Assembly: GCA_036557265.1 (NCBI GenBank)
Contig: DATBHU010000095.1
Location: 1-57,923, forward strand
Direction of reading: 5' to 3'
From: Polyangia bacterium
GTDB lineage: Bacteria > Myxococcota_A > Polyangia > Fen-1088
DNA length: 57,923 nucleotides
Part shown: piece by piece, positions 40,910 to 50,906 of the stretch
Layout: every line of letters starts with the position of its first letter
How positions within the stretch are numbered: position 1 is the stretch's first letter
Translations under genes and position numbers: made by a program
The notes under the pieces: model-generated
The model's database searches: none
What the model was told of the DNA's origin: nothing
The model's input: only the letters and a program-made list of their open reading frames with translations

Positions 40910-42202
40910 ATGTCCCAGCCCGTCCGCCGTGGTCGCACCGTCCTGCTCGTGCTCGCCGCCTTCGCCGGCGGGTTGATCTTCGCGCGGCCGCTCGCCGCCG
41001 GCCGCTTCAACCCGTATCAGAAGCTGGGCGTGTTCACGAAGGTGCTCTCGTACATCGAGAGCCACTACGTCGAGGACATCTCCGAGACCGATCTGACGTA
41101 CGGCGCGGCGCGCGGCCTGACGGACGTGCTGGATCCGCACTCGCGCTTCATGGACCCCGACGAGTACGGCCGCCTGAAGAAGGAGACCGAGGGCAACGAG
41201 GAGATCGAGGGCATCGGCATCGACGTCGAGAAGCGCAAGAACCGGTTCGTGATCATCTCGCCGATCGAGGGATCTCCCGCCGCCAAGGCGGGCGTCGAGC
41301 CGGGAGACATCATCAAGCGCGTCGACGGCGTCGACATCGCGACGCTGGAGTTCGACGAGGCGGTCGCGCGCATGCAAGGGCCGGGCGGCAGCGAGGTGAC
41401 GCTGGTGGTGGAGCGCCGCGGCCGCGATCTGACGTTCCGCATTCGCCGCGCGAAGTACGAGGTGAAGACGGTCGAAGGCCACCTGCTGGACGAAGGCGTC
41501 GGCTACGTCAAGGTGCGCGTGTTCGCCGCGGGCGTCGACGACACGATGAAGACCCTGCTCGAACAGATGTCCGCCAAGAGCCCGGGCAAGGCGCTGAAGG
41601 GGCTGGTGCTGGACCTGCGCCGCGACCCGGGCGGCCTGCTGGACCAGGGGATCCGCGTGGCCGACCTGTTCATCAGCGACGGACTGATCGTCAAGACCGT
41701 GGGCAAGGGCGGGAAGACGATCGACGAGGCCAAGGCGCACAGCCACGGCACCTGGTCGGGATTTCCGATGATCGTGCTGGTCGACGGCGCCACCGCGTCG
41801 GCCGCCGAGATCGTCGCGGGCGCGCTGCAGGACCACAACCGCGCGGTGGTGCTCGGGACGCAGACGTTCGGCAAGGGGTCGGTGCAGACGGTGATCGACG
41901 TCGACGGGTGCGGGGCCAAGCCGTGCGGCCTCAAGCTGACCGTGGCGCGCTACTACACGCCCAACGGGCGGTCGATCCAGGGACAGGGCATCACCCCCAA
42001 CGTGGTGGTCGAGGCGACGGCGCCGCCCGGCGACGCGTCCGACGCCGACCTGCCGCGCGAGCGCGACCTGCACAAGCGCCTCAAGAACGAACAGGGCGAC
42101 AAGGCGATCGTCGCCAGGCGGCTGGACGACTACCAGCTGCAGATGGCGCTGGATTACCTGCACTCCTGGTCGCTGTTCTCGCAGCAGATAGGGAAACGTT
42201 GA
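40910..42202 (+). CDS. ctpA: S41 family C-terminal processing peptidase
   Basis: PDZ region (GIGIDVEKR..VIISPIEGSPAAKAGVEPGDIIKRVDG), then LVLDLRRDPGGLL and GATASAAEIVAGALQD. Confidence 0.9.
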   Translation: MSQPVRRGRTVLLVLAAFAGGLIFARPLAAGRFNPYQKLGVFTKVLSYIESHYVEDISETDLTYGAARGLTDVLDPHSRFMDPDEYGRLKKETEGNEEIEGIGIDVEKRKNRFVIISPIEGSPAAKAGVEPGDIIKRVDGVDIATLEFDEAVARMQGPGGSEVTLVVERRGRDLTFRIRRAKYEVKTVEGHLLDEGVGYVKVRVFAAGVDDTMKTLLEQMSAKSPGKALKGLVLDLRRDPGGLLDQGIRVADLFISDGLIVKTVGKGGKTIDEAKAHSHGTWSGFPMIVLVDGATASAAEIVAGALQDHNRAVVLGTQTFGKGSVQTVIDVDGCGAKPCGLKLTVARYYTPNGRSIQGQGITPNVVVEATAPPGDASDADLPRERDLHKRLKNEQGDKAIVARRLDDYQLQMALDYLHSWSLFSQQIGKR

Positions 42203-42343
42203 TTCCGAACCGCCGGATCGACGCGCGCGCCTGAGCTTGCTTTTGACGGCGAATTAGGGTTTTCTCCGACGACTGACGACGGCGCCGCGCGAGGCGCCTC
42301 GCGACCCGACCTCGACGTCGACTTTCAAGTTCAAGGAGGACAC

Positions 42344-43411
42344 ATGTCGTTCGGAGCAGCCCCCCCCGGCGGTGGTATGGACGAATACCAGCGGATCATG
42401 GCCGCGCAGAACGCGGCGGCCAAGAAGAAGCGGATGGTGTTCGGGCTGATCGCGATCGCCGGCCTCGCCGCCGTCGGCTACTACGTGATGACGAACCGGA
42501 AGAAGAACGAGGCCGCGCAGAAGATTCTCGACGCCGGCGGCCGCTTCGCCGAACGCGACAAATCGGACATGGGCGCGTTCTGGACCTGCCTCATGGGCAC
42601 CGACACCGACGTCGGCATGTTCCAGAACGCCGATCAGATCCAGCAGCGCGTCGAGAGCGCCTACTTCACCCAGCAGAAGACCTACTCGGAGCACCTGACG
42701 ACCGAGTGCGTGCCGAAGCTGGAGGGGGCGCGCGGATCGCTCTCCGGTCTGGTCGGCGAGATGCCCGCCGAGCTGAAGCCGCCGCTGGAGAAGTACGTGG
42801 CGGCGCTGCCGAAGATGCAGGAGGGCCTGGAGAGCTACGCCGAGAAGCTGAAGTCGCGCGGCGCCACCAAGGACGTCGACGGCAGCATCCAGGAGGTCGG
42901 CGGCGCGTTCACGGCCGACCCGACCCCGGAGTCGGTGGCGTTCGAGAAGTTCATGGTCTGCGCGATCCCGGGCCTGGACAAGATGAAGGACATCCAGGCG
43001 GTGCTCGAGTTCCTCGCCGACACCTGCAAGAAGGATCCGGTCCCGTTCATGACCAAGGTGCGGGCCGACTGCGGCAACCTGGTGCAGAACGTCGACAAGG
43101 ACGCGAAGCCGGCGCCGTCGAAGACGTTCAAGGCGAACGTGAAGAAGTTCTACGAGGAGCAGCAGCGCCAGCTGCAGGCCTGGGAGTGGTGCGGCAAGAA
43201 GTCGCGCAAGGGCAAGAAGGTGCTGGACCTGGAGGCCTTCCTGACCGCGGCCGGCGACTACATCGAGGCGCGCGGCGAGGTCGTCCAGACCGCGCGCGAG
43301 CAGGCGGCGATCATGACCGGCCAGCCCTTGCCGAAGGATAAGAAGGGGGGCGCGGCTGAAGGCGAGGGGGCCGAGGCTCCCGCTCCCGGCGCGAAGAAGT
43401 CCGCGAAGTAG
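42344..43411 (+). CDS. membrane-anchored hypothetical protein (Lys/Glu-rich, 6 Cys)
   Basis: AAGGAGGA RBS, one TM helix (MVFGLIAIAGLAAVGYYVM), and a ~300-aa extracytoplasmic part. No family recognised. Confidence 0.6.
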   Translation: MSFGAAPPGGGMDEYQRIMAAQNAAAKKKRMVFGLIAIAGLAAVGYYVMTNRKKNEAAQKILDAGGRFAERDKSDMGAFWTCLMGTDTDVGMFQNADQIQQRVESAYFTQQKTYSEHLTTECVPKLEGARGSLSGLVGEMPAELKPPLEKYVAALPKMQEGLESYAEKLKSRGATKDVDGSIQEVGGAFTADPTPESVAFEKFMVCAIPGLDKMKDIQAVLEFLADTCKKDPVPFMTKVRADCGNLVQNVDKDAKPAPSKTFKANVKKFYEEQQRQLQAWEWCGKKSRKGKKVLDLEAFLTAAGDYIEARGEVVQTAREQAAIMTGQPLPKDKKGGAAEGEGAEAPAPGAKKSAK

Positions 43412-43727
43412 ATGTGGAAGTAAGGCCGGGCCGCTCGCGCGCGGACGGCGCTCGCTCGCCGAGCCGCTGCGCCGCGCGCGCGTAGAGCGCGTCCGGACCC
43501 TCGTCGACCATCCACCGCCCGCTCATCATCCCCGCCCCCGCTGCGCGTCCCGCCCGGCGCGGCGCCGAAACGTCGGACGCCGCCAGCTTGAATCTGGCGC
43601 CGGCGACGGTCGCGGACAAGCTCTGCCCGCGCTGAACGTCGCCGGCGCGGCCGCGGGCGGCCCGTCGCCGGGGTTCGCTTTCGTGGTTACCTTTTGCGGG
43701 AAACCCGATGAAAGCGGACGACTGAAC

Positions 43728-44876
43728 GTGCGGATCGCGCAGATTTCACCGTTGCACGAGAGCGTGCCGCCGAAGCTGTACGGCGGCACCGAGCGGGTCG
43801 TGCATTTTCTGACCGAGGCGCTGGTCGACCTCGGGCACGACGTCACCCTGTTTGCCAGCGGCGACTCGACGACCCGCGCAGAGCTGGTCTCGTGCGCGCC
43901 GACCGCGCTGCGCTTGAACCGGTGTGTCGACCCGATCGCCCCTCACGTCGCGATGATGGAGGAGGTGTTCGCGCGCGCCGACGACTTCGACGTGCTGCAC
44001 TTCCACACCGACTACCTCGGCTACCCGCTGGCGCGCCGCCACACCGTCCCGTACGTCACGACGATGCACGGCCGGCTGGACACGCCGGAGCTGGAGCCGA
44101 TCTTCAGCACCTTCGCGGACGCGCCGCTGATCTCGATCTCCGACGCCCAGCGCGCGCCCCACCCGCGCGCCAACTGGCAGGGGACCGTGTACCACGGGCT
44201 GCCGGCGGATCTGTACCGGCTGGTGCCGGGGCCCGGCTGCTACCTGGCGTTCCTCGGGCGGATCTCGCGCGAGAAGCGGGTCGATCGCGCGGTGGCGATC
44301 GCGCGCCGGCTGGGCATGCCGCTGAAGATCGCCGCCAAGATCGACGGTAAGGATCGCGACTACTACGAGAGCGAGATCAAGCCGCTGTTCGACGATCCGC
44401 TGGTCGAATTCGTGGGCGAGATCGGCGAAGACGGGAAGAACGCGTTCCTCGGGGGCGCCGCGGCCCTGCTGTTCCCGATCGACTGGCCGGAGCCGTTCGG
44501 TCTGGTGATGATCGAGGCGATGGCGTGCGGCACGCCGGTGGTGGCGTTCCGCCGCGGCTCCGTGCCGGAGGTGATGCGCAACGGCGTGTCGGGCTACGTC
44601 GTCGACGATCTCGACGGGGCGGTGGCGGCCACGGCGCGCGCCGTCGAGCTGCCGCGCGCCGGCGTGCGCGCCTACTTCGAGGAGCGCTTCCTGGCCCCGC
44701 GCATGGCGGAGGACTACGTCGCGATCTTCGAGGCGATGATCGCGGGCGAGCGGCTGCGGCGCGGGCGCGGGCGGACCGCGTTCGGGCTGGCGGCGATCGA
44801 CGCGGAGGGCGACGGCGGGGAGGGCGGTCACGCCGTCGACGGACTGGGCGGCGAAGCAGGTGTAGGGATGGAGTAG
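43728..44876 (+). CDS. GT4-family glycosyltransferase
   Basis: GGTERVV N-terminal motif, and the C-terminal EPFGLVMIEAMACGTPVVA (E-x7-E region). GTG start at 43728. Confidence 0.85.
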   Translation: MRIAQISPLHESVPPKLYGGTERVVHFLTEALVDLGHDVTLFASGDSTTRAELVSCAPTALRLNRCVDPIAPHVAMMEEVFARADDFDVLHFHTDYLGYPLARRHTVPYVTTMHGRLDTPELEPIFSTFADAPLISISDAQRAPHPRANWQGTVYHGLPADLYRLVPGPGCYLAFLGRISREKRVDRAVAIARRLGMPLKIAAKIDGKDRDYYESEIKPLFDDPLVEFVGEIGEDGKNAFLGGAAALLFPIDWPEPFGLVMIEAMACGTPVVAFRRGSVPEVMRNGVSGYVVDDLDGAVAATARAVELPRAGVRAYFEERFLAPRMAEDYVAIFEAMIAGERLRRGRGRTAFGLAAIDAEGDGGEGGHAVDGLGGEAGVGME

Positions 44877-44881
44877 CCGCC

Positions 44882-47098
44882 ATGCCGACGTTCGGAACGG
44901 CGGCCGACGACGAGGTCGTCAGCCTTCACGAGCAGTTCTACATCCAGGCCACCTCGTCGCGCGCCGACGATCGCACGCGCGTCCTGAAGCACGGCGACAC
45001 CTTCGCGGTGTTCGACCGCTTCGGCGACGTGCAGCCGGTCGGTCTGGGCGAGCAGGGCGTCTACCACGACGGCACGCGCTTCCTGTCGCGGCTGGAGCTG
45101 CGCATCGGCGGGCGCCGCCCGCTGCTGCTGTCGTCGACGGTCAAGAAAGAGAACGATCTGCTGACCGTCGATCTCGCGACGCCCGACCTCAAGGATCAGA
45201 CCGGGCAGATCGTGCTGCCGCGCGGGACGCTGCACGGGTTCCGCACCAAGTTCCTGTGGCGCGGCTGCTGCTACGAGCGGCTGCGCGTCACCAACTTCGC
45301 GACCACGGCGGTCGACGTCGAGCTGGCCTTGAGCTTCAACGCCGACTACGCCGATATCTTCGAGGTGCGCGGCTCGAAGCGCGAGCGCCGCGGCACGCGC
45401 CACGAGCCGGTGGTGCTCGACGGCCGGCGCGTCGAGCTCTCCTACGAAGGGCTGGACCGGGTGGTGCGGCGGACGCAGCTGGCGTTCGATCCCGCCCCCG
45501 ACGAGCTCGCCGGCGGGCAGGCCCGCTATCACCTGCGGCTGCCGCCGCGCGGGACCGAGACGATCTACGTGACGCTCAGCTGCCGCGCGGGCGGCGACGA
45601 CCCCACCTGCGCCGAGCTGGACTACGACCGCGCCGGGGCGGCCCTGACGGCAGCGGTCTCGGCCGGCCAGCTGTCGCGCTGCCGCGCGCGCGCGCCCGGC
45701 TCGGAGCTGGACGAATGGATCGGCCGTTCGGTGTCGGATCTCGAGATGATGATCTCGACCACGCCGCAGGGCCCGTACCCCTACGCGGGCGTTCCGTGGT
45801 TCAGCACGCCGTTCGGGCGGGACGGCATCATCACGGCGCTGGAGCTGCTCTGGCTGTCGCCCGACGTCGCGCGCGGCGTGCTCGGCTTTCTGGCCGCCAC
45901 GCAGGCGACCGAGAGCGAGCCGGTGCGCGACGCCGAGCCGGGCAAGATCCTGCACGAGTGCCGGGGCGGCGAGATGGCGGCGCTGGGGGAGGTGCCGTTC
46001 GGGCGCTACTACGGCAGCGTCGACTCGACGCCGCTGTACGTGATGCTGGCGGCGGCTTACTACCGGCGCAGCGGCGACGGGGCGTTCCTGCGCACCATCG
46101 CGCCCGCCGTGCAGCGCGCGCTCGACTGGATCGAGCGCTACGGCGACGCCGACGGCGACGGCTTCGTCGAATACGCGCGCCGGACGCCGACCGGGCTGGT
46201 GCAGCAGGGCTGGAAGGATTCGCACGACTCGGTCTTTCACGAGGACGGCGCGCTGGCCGAAGGCCCGATCGCGCTGGTCGAAGTGCAGGCGTACGTGTTC
46301 GGCGCCTGGCTGGCGGCCGCCGAGATCGCGATGGCGCTCGGCGACGGCGGCCAGGCGGTCGCGCGCGCCGAGAGCTACCGGCGCAAGGCGGAGGCGCTGC
46401 GGGCGCGCTTCGAGGCGGCGTTCTGGGACGAGGCGCTGGGCAGCTACGTGCTGGCGCTGGACGGGCACAAGCGCCCCTGCCGCGTGCTGAGCTCGAACGC
46501 GGGCCACGCGCTGTGGACCGGGATCGTCGCCGATCGCGGGCGCGCGCGTCGGGTCGCCGACGGCCTGATGAACGACGACGCCTTCTCCGGGTGGGGTGTC
46601 CGCACCATCCCGACCTCGCAGGTGCGCTACAACCCGATGGCGTATCACAACGGCTCGGTGTGGCCGCACGACAACGCCATCATCGCCGACGGGTTTTCGC
46701 GCTACGGGTTCCGCGACCTGGTCGTGCGCCTGTTCGAGGGGATGAAGGACGCCAGCGTCGCCGTCGACATGCGGCGGCTGCCCGAGCTGATCTGCGGCTT
46801 CCCGCGGCGGCCGGGGGAGGGGCCGACCCAGTACCCGGTCGCGTGCGCGCCGCAGGCGTGGGCGTCGGGGGCGGTGTTCATGTTGCTGTCGGCGGCGCTG
46901 GGGCTGTCGGTCGACGGGTGCAACGGCGAGGTCACCATGTCGCGCCCGGTGCTGCCCGCGTCGATCCCGACGCTGCGGCTCACCAACCTGCTGGTCGGGG
47001 GCGGCAGCATCGACCTCCTCCTGGAGAATCAGCCCCACGACGTCGGCATCACGGTGCTGCGCCGCGACGGCGACATTCGCGTCACGGTGGTGAAGTAG
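44882..47098 (+). CDS. amylo-alpha-1,6-glucosidase / glycogen-debranching-enzyme-like (GDE_N plus GDE_C) protein
   Basis: 738 aa. N-terminus VLKHGDTFAVFDRFGD, and (alpha/alpha)6 region GVPWFSTPFGRDGIITA...WKDSHDSV...YHNGSVWPHDN. Starts 5 nt after the GT4 stop. Confidence 0.8.
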   Translation: MPTFGTAADDEVVSLHEQFYIQATSSRADDRTRVLKHGDTFAVFDRFGDVQPVGLGEQGVYHDGTRFLSRLELRIGGRRPLLLSSTVKKENDLLTVDLATPDLKDQTGQIVLPRGTLHGFRTKFLWRGCCYERLRVTNFATTAVDVELALSFNADYADIFEVRGSKRERRGTRHEPVVLDGRRVELSYEGLDRVVRRTQLAFDPAPDELAGGQARYHLRLPPRGTETIYVTLSCRAGGDDPTCAELDYDRAGAALTAAVSAGQLSRCRARAPGSELDEWIGRSVSDLEMMISTTPQGPYPYAGVPWFSTPFGRDGIITALELLWLSPDVARGVLGFLAATQATESEPVRDAEPGKILHECRGGEMAALGEVPFGRYYGSVDSTPLYVMLAAAYYRRSGDGAFLRTIAPAVQRALDWIERYGDADGDGFVEYARRTPTGLVQQGWKDSHDSVFHEDGALAEGPIALVEVQAYVFGAWLAAAEIAMALGDGGQAVARAESYRRKAEALRARFEAAFWDEALGSYVLALDGHKRPCRVLSSNAGHALWTGIVADRGRARRVADGLMNDDAFSGWGVRTIPTSQVRYNPMAYHNGSVWPHDNAIIADGFSRYGFRDLVVRLFEGMKDASVAVDMRRLPELICGFPRRPGEGPTQYPVACAPQAWASGAVFMLLSAALGLSVDGCNGEVTMSRPVLPASIPTLRLTNLLVGGGSIDLLLENQPHDVGITVLRRDGDIRVTVVK

Positions 47099-47101
47099 CG
47101 T

Positions 47102-47491
47102 TCAGAGGGCGAACGCGTCGGGGAGGAGGGCGCCCAGCGTCGTGGCGCGGGGCGCGCCGCGCGGGCCGGCGAGCAGGACGTCCGTGGTCGGGTCGCCGAG
47201 CTCCGCCAGCACCTGGCGGCAGGCGCCGCACGGGGTGACCGCGCCGTCGGAGGCGACGGCGACGGCGCGGAGCCGCTTCGCCCCGGCGGCGACGGCGGCG
47301 GCGACGGCGTTGCGCTCGGCGCAGACGGTCAGGCCGTAGGAGGCGTTCTCGACGTTGCAGCCGGCGTGGACGCGCCCGCGCTCGTCCAGCACGGCCGCGC
47401 CGACGCGAAACTTCGAATAGGGCGCGTGGGCCCGGGCGCGCACGGCGCGCGCCGCCGCCAGCAGCTGCCTCTGCTGCGCCGCCGCGATCAC
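47102..47491 (-). CDS. cdd: cytidine deaminase
   Basis: YSKFRVGAAV, CAERNA and PCGACRQ zinc motifs. The GTG start overlaps the punA stop (GTGA). Confidence 0.85.
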   Translation of the reverse strand: MIAAAQQRQLLAAARAVRARAHAPYSKFRVGAAVLDERGRVHAGCNVENASYGLTVCAERNAVAAAVAAGAKRLRAVAVASDGAVTPCGACRQVLAELGDPTTDVLLAGPRGAPRATTLGALLPDAFAL

Positions 47492-48330
47492 GTCGGCAGC
47501 GCCGCCACGAAGGCGACGATCAGCTTGCCGAGCGCGTCCGCGCCGGCGTTCGCGGCCCGCGTGACGTCCTCGTGTCGCAGGGGGCCGGGGTTGACGCCGG
47601 CGGCCGGGTTGGCCACCAGCGAGAGCCCGAGCACCGGCACGCCCGCGTGGCGCGCGGTGATCACCTCGTGCACGGTCGACATGCCGACCAGCCCGGCGCC
47701 CAGCGTCCGCAACAGGCGCACCTCGGCCGGCGTCTCGTAGGCGGGGCCGGCCATGCCCGCGTAGATCGCCTCGCGCAGCTGGCGTCCGATCGCCGCCGGG
47801 GCGGCCACGGCGGCGATGGCGCGCAGCGACGGGTCGTACGCGTCGGACATGTCGACGAAGCGCGGGCCCAGGCGCTCGTCGTTGGGCCCCGACAGCGGCG
47901 AGGCGCCCGTCAGATTGATGTGATCGGAGATGGCGACGATGTCGCCGGCCACGAACGACGGATCCACGCCGCCCGACGCGTTGGTGACGATCAGCGTGCG
48001 CACGCCCAGCGCCGCGACGACGCGGACGCCGAAGCCGATCTCGCAGGGCGGGTAGCCCTCGTAGCCGTGGACGCGGCCGCACAGCAGGAGGGCGGTCTTG
48101 CCCCCGATGGTGCCGGCCACGAGCCGGCCCGGGTGACCGGCCACGGTGGTCTCCGGAAAACCGGGCAGCGACGCGTAGGGGACGCTGCGCGCGCCCTCCA
48201 GGCGATCGGCGACGCCGCCCAGCCCCGAGCCGAGCACCACCGCCACGTCGGCGCCGTCGATGGCCAGCTGCTCGGCGGCGGCGTGGGCCGACCCCTGCAC
48301 GCGATCGAAGAACGTCGCGTCCAGCTTCAT
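47488..48330 (-). CDS. punA: purine nucleoside phosphorylase (PunA / inosine-guanosine type)
   Basis: VLGSGLGG, GHPGRLVAG..GGKTALLLCGRVHGYEG, VTNASGG and GMSTVHEV motifs. The ATG overlaps the upstream stop. Confidence 0.85.
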   Translation of the reverse strand: MKLDATFFDRVQGSAHAAAEQLAIDGADVAVVLGSGLGGVADRLEGARSVPYASLPGFPETTVAGHPGRLVAGTIGGKTALLLCGRVHGYEGYPPCEIGFGVRVVAALGVRTLIVTNASGGVDPSFVAGDIVAISDHINLTGASPLSGPNDERLGPRFVDMSDAYDPSLRAIAAVAAPAAIGRQLREAIYAGMAGPAYETPAEVRLLRTLGAGLVGMSTVHEVITARHAGVPVLGLSLVANPAAGVNPGPLRHEDVTRAANAGADALGKLIVAFVAALPT

Positions 48331-49115
48331 CTGTCTTGCCGCTCCGCCGTCGCGTCCAGGAACGTCCCGACCGCGTGCAGGAAGGCGCCGGGCGCCTCGA
48401 CATGCGCCAGGTGGCCCGCGCCAGCGAGCGGGACGAAGCGCGCGCCGGCGATCGCGTCGGACATCTGCTTCATCTCGGTGGCCGGCGTCACCTGGTCCAG
48501 CGCGCCGCACACGACCAGCGTCGGGCAGGCGATGGCGCCCAGCTCGCCGGAGCGGTCGGGGCGATCGCGCAGCGCCACCACGCCGGCGCTCAGGCTGGCG
48601 GCGCGGTGCTCGGCGCGGGCGGTGACGTGGGCGACCAGGGCGGGCGGCGCCTGCGGCGACAGCAGGCGGGGCAGGGAGGCGGCCAGGTAGGTGGCCGGGC
48701 CCGGGCCGGCGATGGCGGCCAGCGCGGCGGCGCGGCCGGCGCGCGTCTCGGCGCTGTCGGCGGCGGCGCGCGTGTCGGCCAGCACCAGCGCCGACAGCCG
48801 CTCGGGGTGGCGGGCCGCGAACGCCAGCGCCGCGTAGCCGCCCATCGACATGCCGAGGACGGTCGCGCGCGCCACGTCCAGCCGGTCGAGCAGCGCCGCC
48901 AGATCGTCGGCGAGGTCGGCGATCGTGAACGGCCCCGCGGCCGGCGATTCGCCGAAGCCGCGCGCGTCGACCGCGATCACGCGGCGGCGCGCCGCCAGCG
49001 CGTCGGCGATGCCGGCCCAGATCGTGCGCGTGAGCGGGAACGGGTGCAGCAACACCAGCGCGGGGCCGCTGCCGCGGTCGTCGCAACCGATGGGTGTTCC
49101 CCCCGAGATCGTCAT
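48327..49115 (-). CDS. alpha/beta-fold hydrolase
   Basis: LVLLHPFP, nucleophile elbow GMSMGG, and C-terminal AGHLAHVE. Confidence 0.8.
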   Translation of the reverse strand: MTISGGTPIGCDDRGSGPALVLLHPFPLTRTIWAGIADALAARRRVIAVDARGFGESPAAGPFTIADLADDLAALLDRLDVARATVLGMSMGGYAALAFAARHPERLSALVLADTRAAADSAETRAGRAAALAAIAGPGPATYLAASLPRLLSPQAPPALVAHVTARAEHRAASLSAGVVALRDRPDRSGELGAIACPTLVVCGALDQVTPATEMKQMSDAIAGARFVPLAGAGHLAHVEAPGAFLHAVGTFLDATAERQDR

Positions 49116-49170
49116 GGCTCGACGAACGTTACCGTAGTGCCGCGGAGAAGGAAATCCAGCGCGGGCGCGG

Positions 49171-50892
49171 CTATTTCGCGGGCGTCGCGCCGCGCGCGGC
49201 CAGCAGCTTGTCCGCGGTGACGAAGCGCGGCTCGATGTCGACCGGGATCTTGCCCAGGCGATCGAGGGCCGCCTTCACCTCGGGCCGGACGGCGGCGCGC
49301 GCCCGCAGCAGCTCGGCGGCCTTCGCGCCGTCGCCGGACGCCTGCAGGGTCATCAGCTCGGCGGTCAGGTCGCGCACCGCCTGCTTGATCTTGGCGGGAT
49401 CGACCGAGAACGTCCCATCCTTGGCGACGCGGACCGCGCCGGCGTCGAGCAGCGTGTTCAGCTGCAGGGCCATGCCGACGGCGTGGGCGTCGGTGCCGAA
49501 CCGCAAGGTCCGGAAGGCCGACGCCAGGAACGTCACGTAGACCGTCTTCTCGAGCGCGCGGTCCAGGACGCCCTTGTCGATCAGGAACTGCAGCGCGAAC
49601 AGGCCGGCCACGTCGGCCTTCGCCTCCTCGAGCGCGCCGTAGCTCTGCTGCAGGGCCGCGCGCACGGTGATCGGCTTGCCGCCCGGACCGGCCGCCATGT
49701 GCGGGCCGAGGCCGTGCGTCAGCTCGTGCATCAGGATGTGCGTGAAGAAGGCGTCGAAGGCGACGGCGCCGCGGTCGCGGGGCGCCAGCACGACGCGCGT
49801 GATCGGCAGCAGCACCCGATCGAACTTGGCGCGCTGCACGTTCTTGAGCATGGTGCGCTTGCTGCCGACCTCCTTGATGGTGCGCTCGTCGTTGGGGAGG
49901 TTGAACGCGGCCGTCTGCACCGTCTTGTTGGCGTCGCCCGCGCCGTAGAGCTGGTTGACGACGCGGATGGGCGAGGTCGCGCCGAGCTTCGGGTTGCGCA
50001 GCTTCGCGTCGATGGGGAGGTTGTTCTCGATCTCCTGCAGCTCGCCGGCGAGCCGGGCCAGCTTGGCGGTCTCGGCGTCGTCGCGCACGCAGACGAACGC
50101 CTCGAACGACGCCTTGGCGCTGAACCAGCCGTCCTCGTAGACCTCGTAGGGGCCGATGGTCGGCTCGATGCTGGCGTCGAGCTTCATCCAGGCGATGTCG
50201 CTGTCGTGATAGTCGTTGGACAGGAACGCGGCGGCGCGCGCCTCCAGGAACGCGCGCAGCGTCGGCTGCTGCGTCAGCGAGGCCGCCTGCCGGAGCATCC
50301 CGGCCGCGATGGCCAGCTCGCCCTGGTACTCGACGCTGTAGGGGATCGCTTGCAGCTTGCCGTCGGGCCCGCGCCGGATGGTGGTGAAGAACCCCTCGGC
50401 GGCGGCGCGCGCCGGCCCGGGCAGGGCGCGCATCCAGCTCTCCACCTCCGCCTTCGTCGCGCCGGCGGGATAGAAGTTCGCCTCCGGCGGCTTCGGGCCG
50501 ACCTCGGGCAGAAACGGCCGCTCGCCGTCCAGGCGCAGCCACGGCCCCTTGTTCTGCAGGAACGCGTGCAGCCGCGCCTGGCCGAGCGGCGAGCGATCGC
50601 GCGTCAGATCGAGGAGCACGGTCTCGTTGCCCGCCCAGACTTGCCGGAGGGCCAGCGTGTCCATGAACTTCGAAGCGGCGATCAGCTCGGCCAGCGCGGC
50701 CCGCTCGCCGGCCGGCAGCGCCTGGACGTCGACCACGAGATCGACGGGCGCGAGGCGGGCGGACAGCTTGTTCAGCGCCGCCGCGTCGGGGAGGGGCGCG
50801 CGCGCGGCGGCGTCGCCAGGCGCGGCTTCGCTGCCGGACCCCAGGGTGGCTGTCAGGACTGCGATGCCGCCGATGCGCGCGACCTTGAGCAT
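49171..50892 (-). CDS. secreted M49 (dipeptidyl-peptidase III-like) zinc metallopeptidase with HExxH variant motif
   Basis: Signal-like N-terminus, HELTHGLGPH, and the downstream ALEEAKADV (EExxAD second zinc motif). Confidence 0.6.
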   Translation of the reverse strand: MLKVARIGGIAVLTATLGSGSEAAPGDAAARAPLPDAAALNKLSARLAPVDLVVDVQALPAGERAALAELIAASKFMDTLALRQVWAGNETVLLDLTRDRSPLGQARLHAFLQNKGPWLRLDGERPFLPEVGPKPPEANFYPAGATKAEVESWMRALPGPARAAAEGFFTTIRRGPDGKLQAIPYSVEYQGELAIAAGMLRQAASLTQQPTLRAFLEARAAAFLSNDYHDSDIAWMKLDASIEPTIGPYEVYEDGWFSAKASFEAFVCVRDDAETAKLARLAGELQEIENNLPIDAKLRNPKLGATSPIRVVNQLYGAGDANKTVQTAAFNLPNDERTIKEVGSKRTMLKNVQRAKFDRVLLPITRVVLAPRDRGAVAFDAFFTHILMHELTHGLGPHMAAGPGGKPITVRAALQQSYGALEEAKADVAGLFALQFLIDKGVLDRALEKTVYVTFLASAFRTLRFGTDAHAVGMALQLNTLLDAGAVRVAKDGTFSVDPAKIKQAVRDLTAELMTLQASGDGAKAAELLRARAAVRPEVKAALDRLGKIPVDIEPRFVTADKLLAARGATPAK

Positions 50893-50906
50893 GCGGCGAC
50901 TGTAGC

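Noticed and set aside
43311-43619. A 102-aa minus-strand ORF in the 316-nt gap between the membrane-anchored hypothetical gene and the GT4 gene.
   Set aside because: It overlaps the 3' end of the 42344..43411 CDS. It has Arg/Ala/Ser/Pro-biased composition and no RBS or motif.
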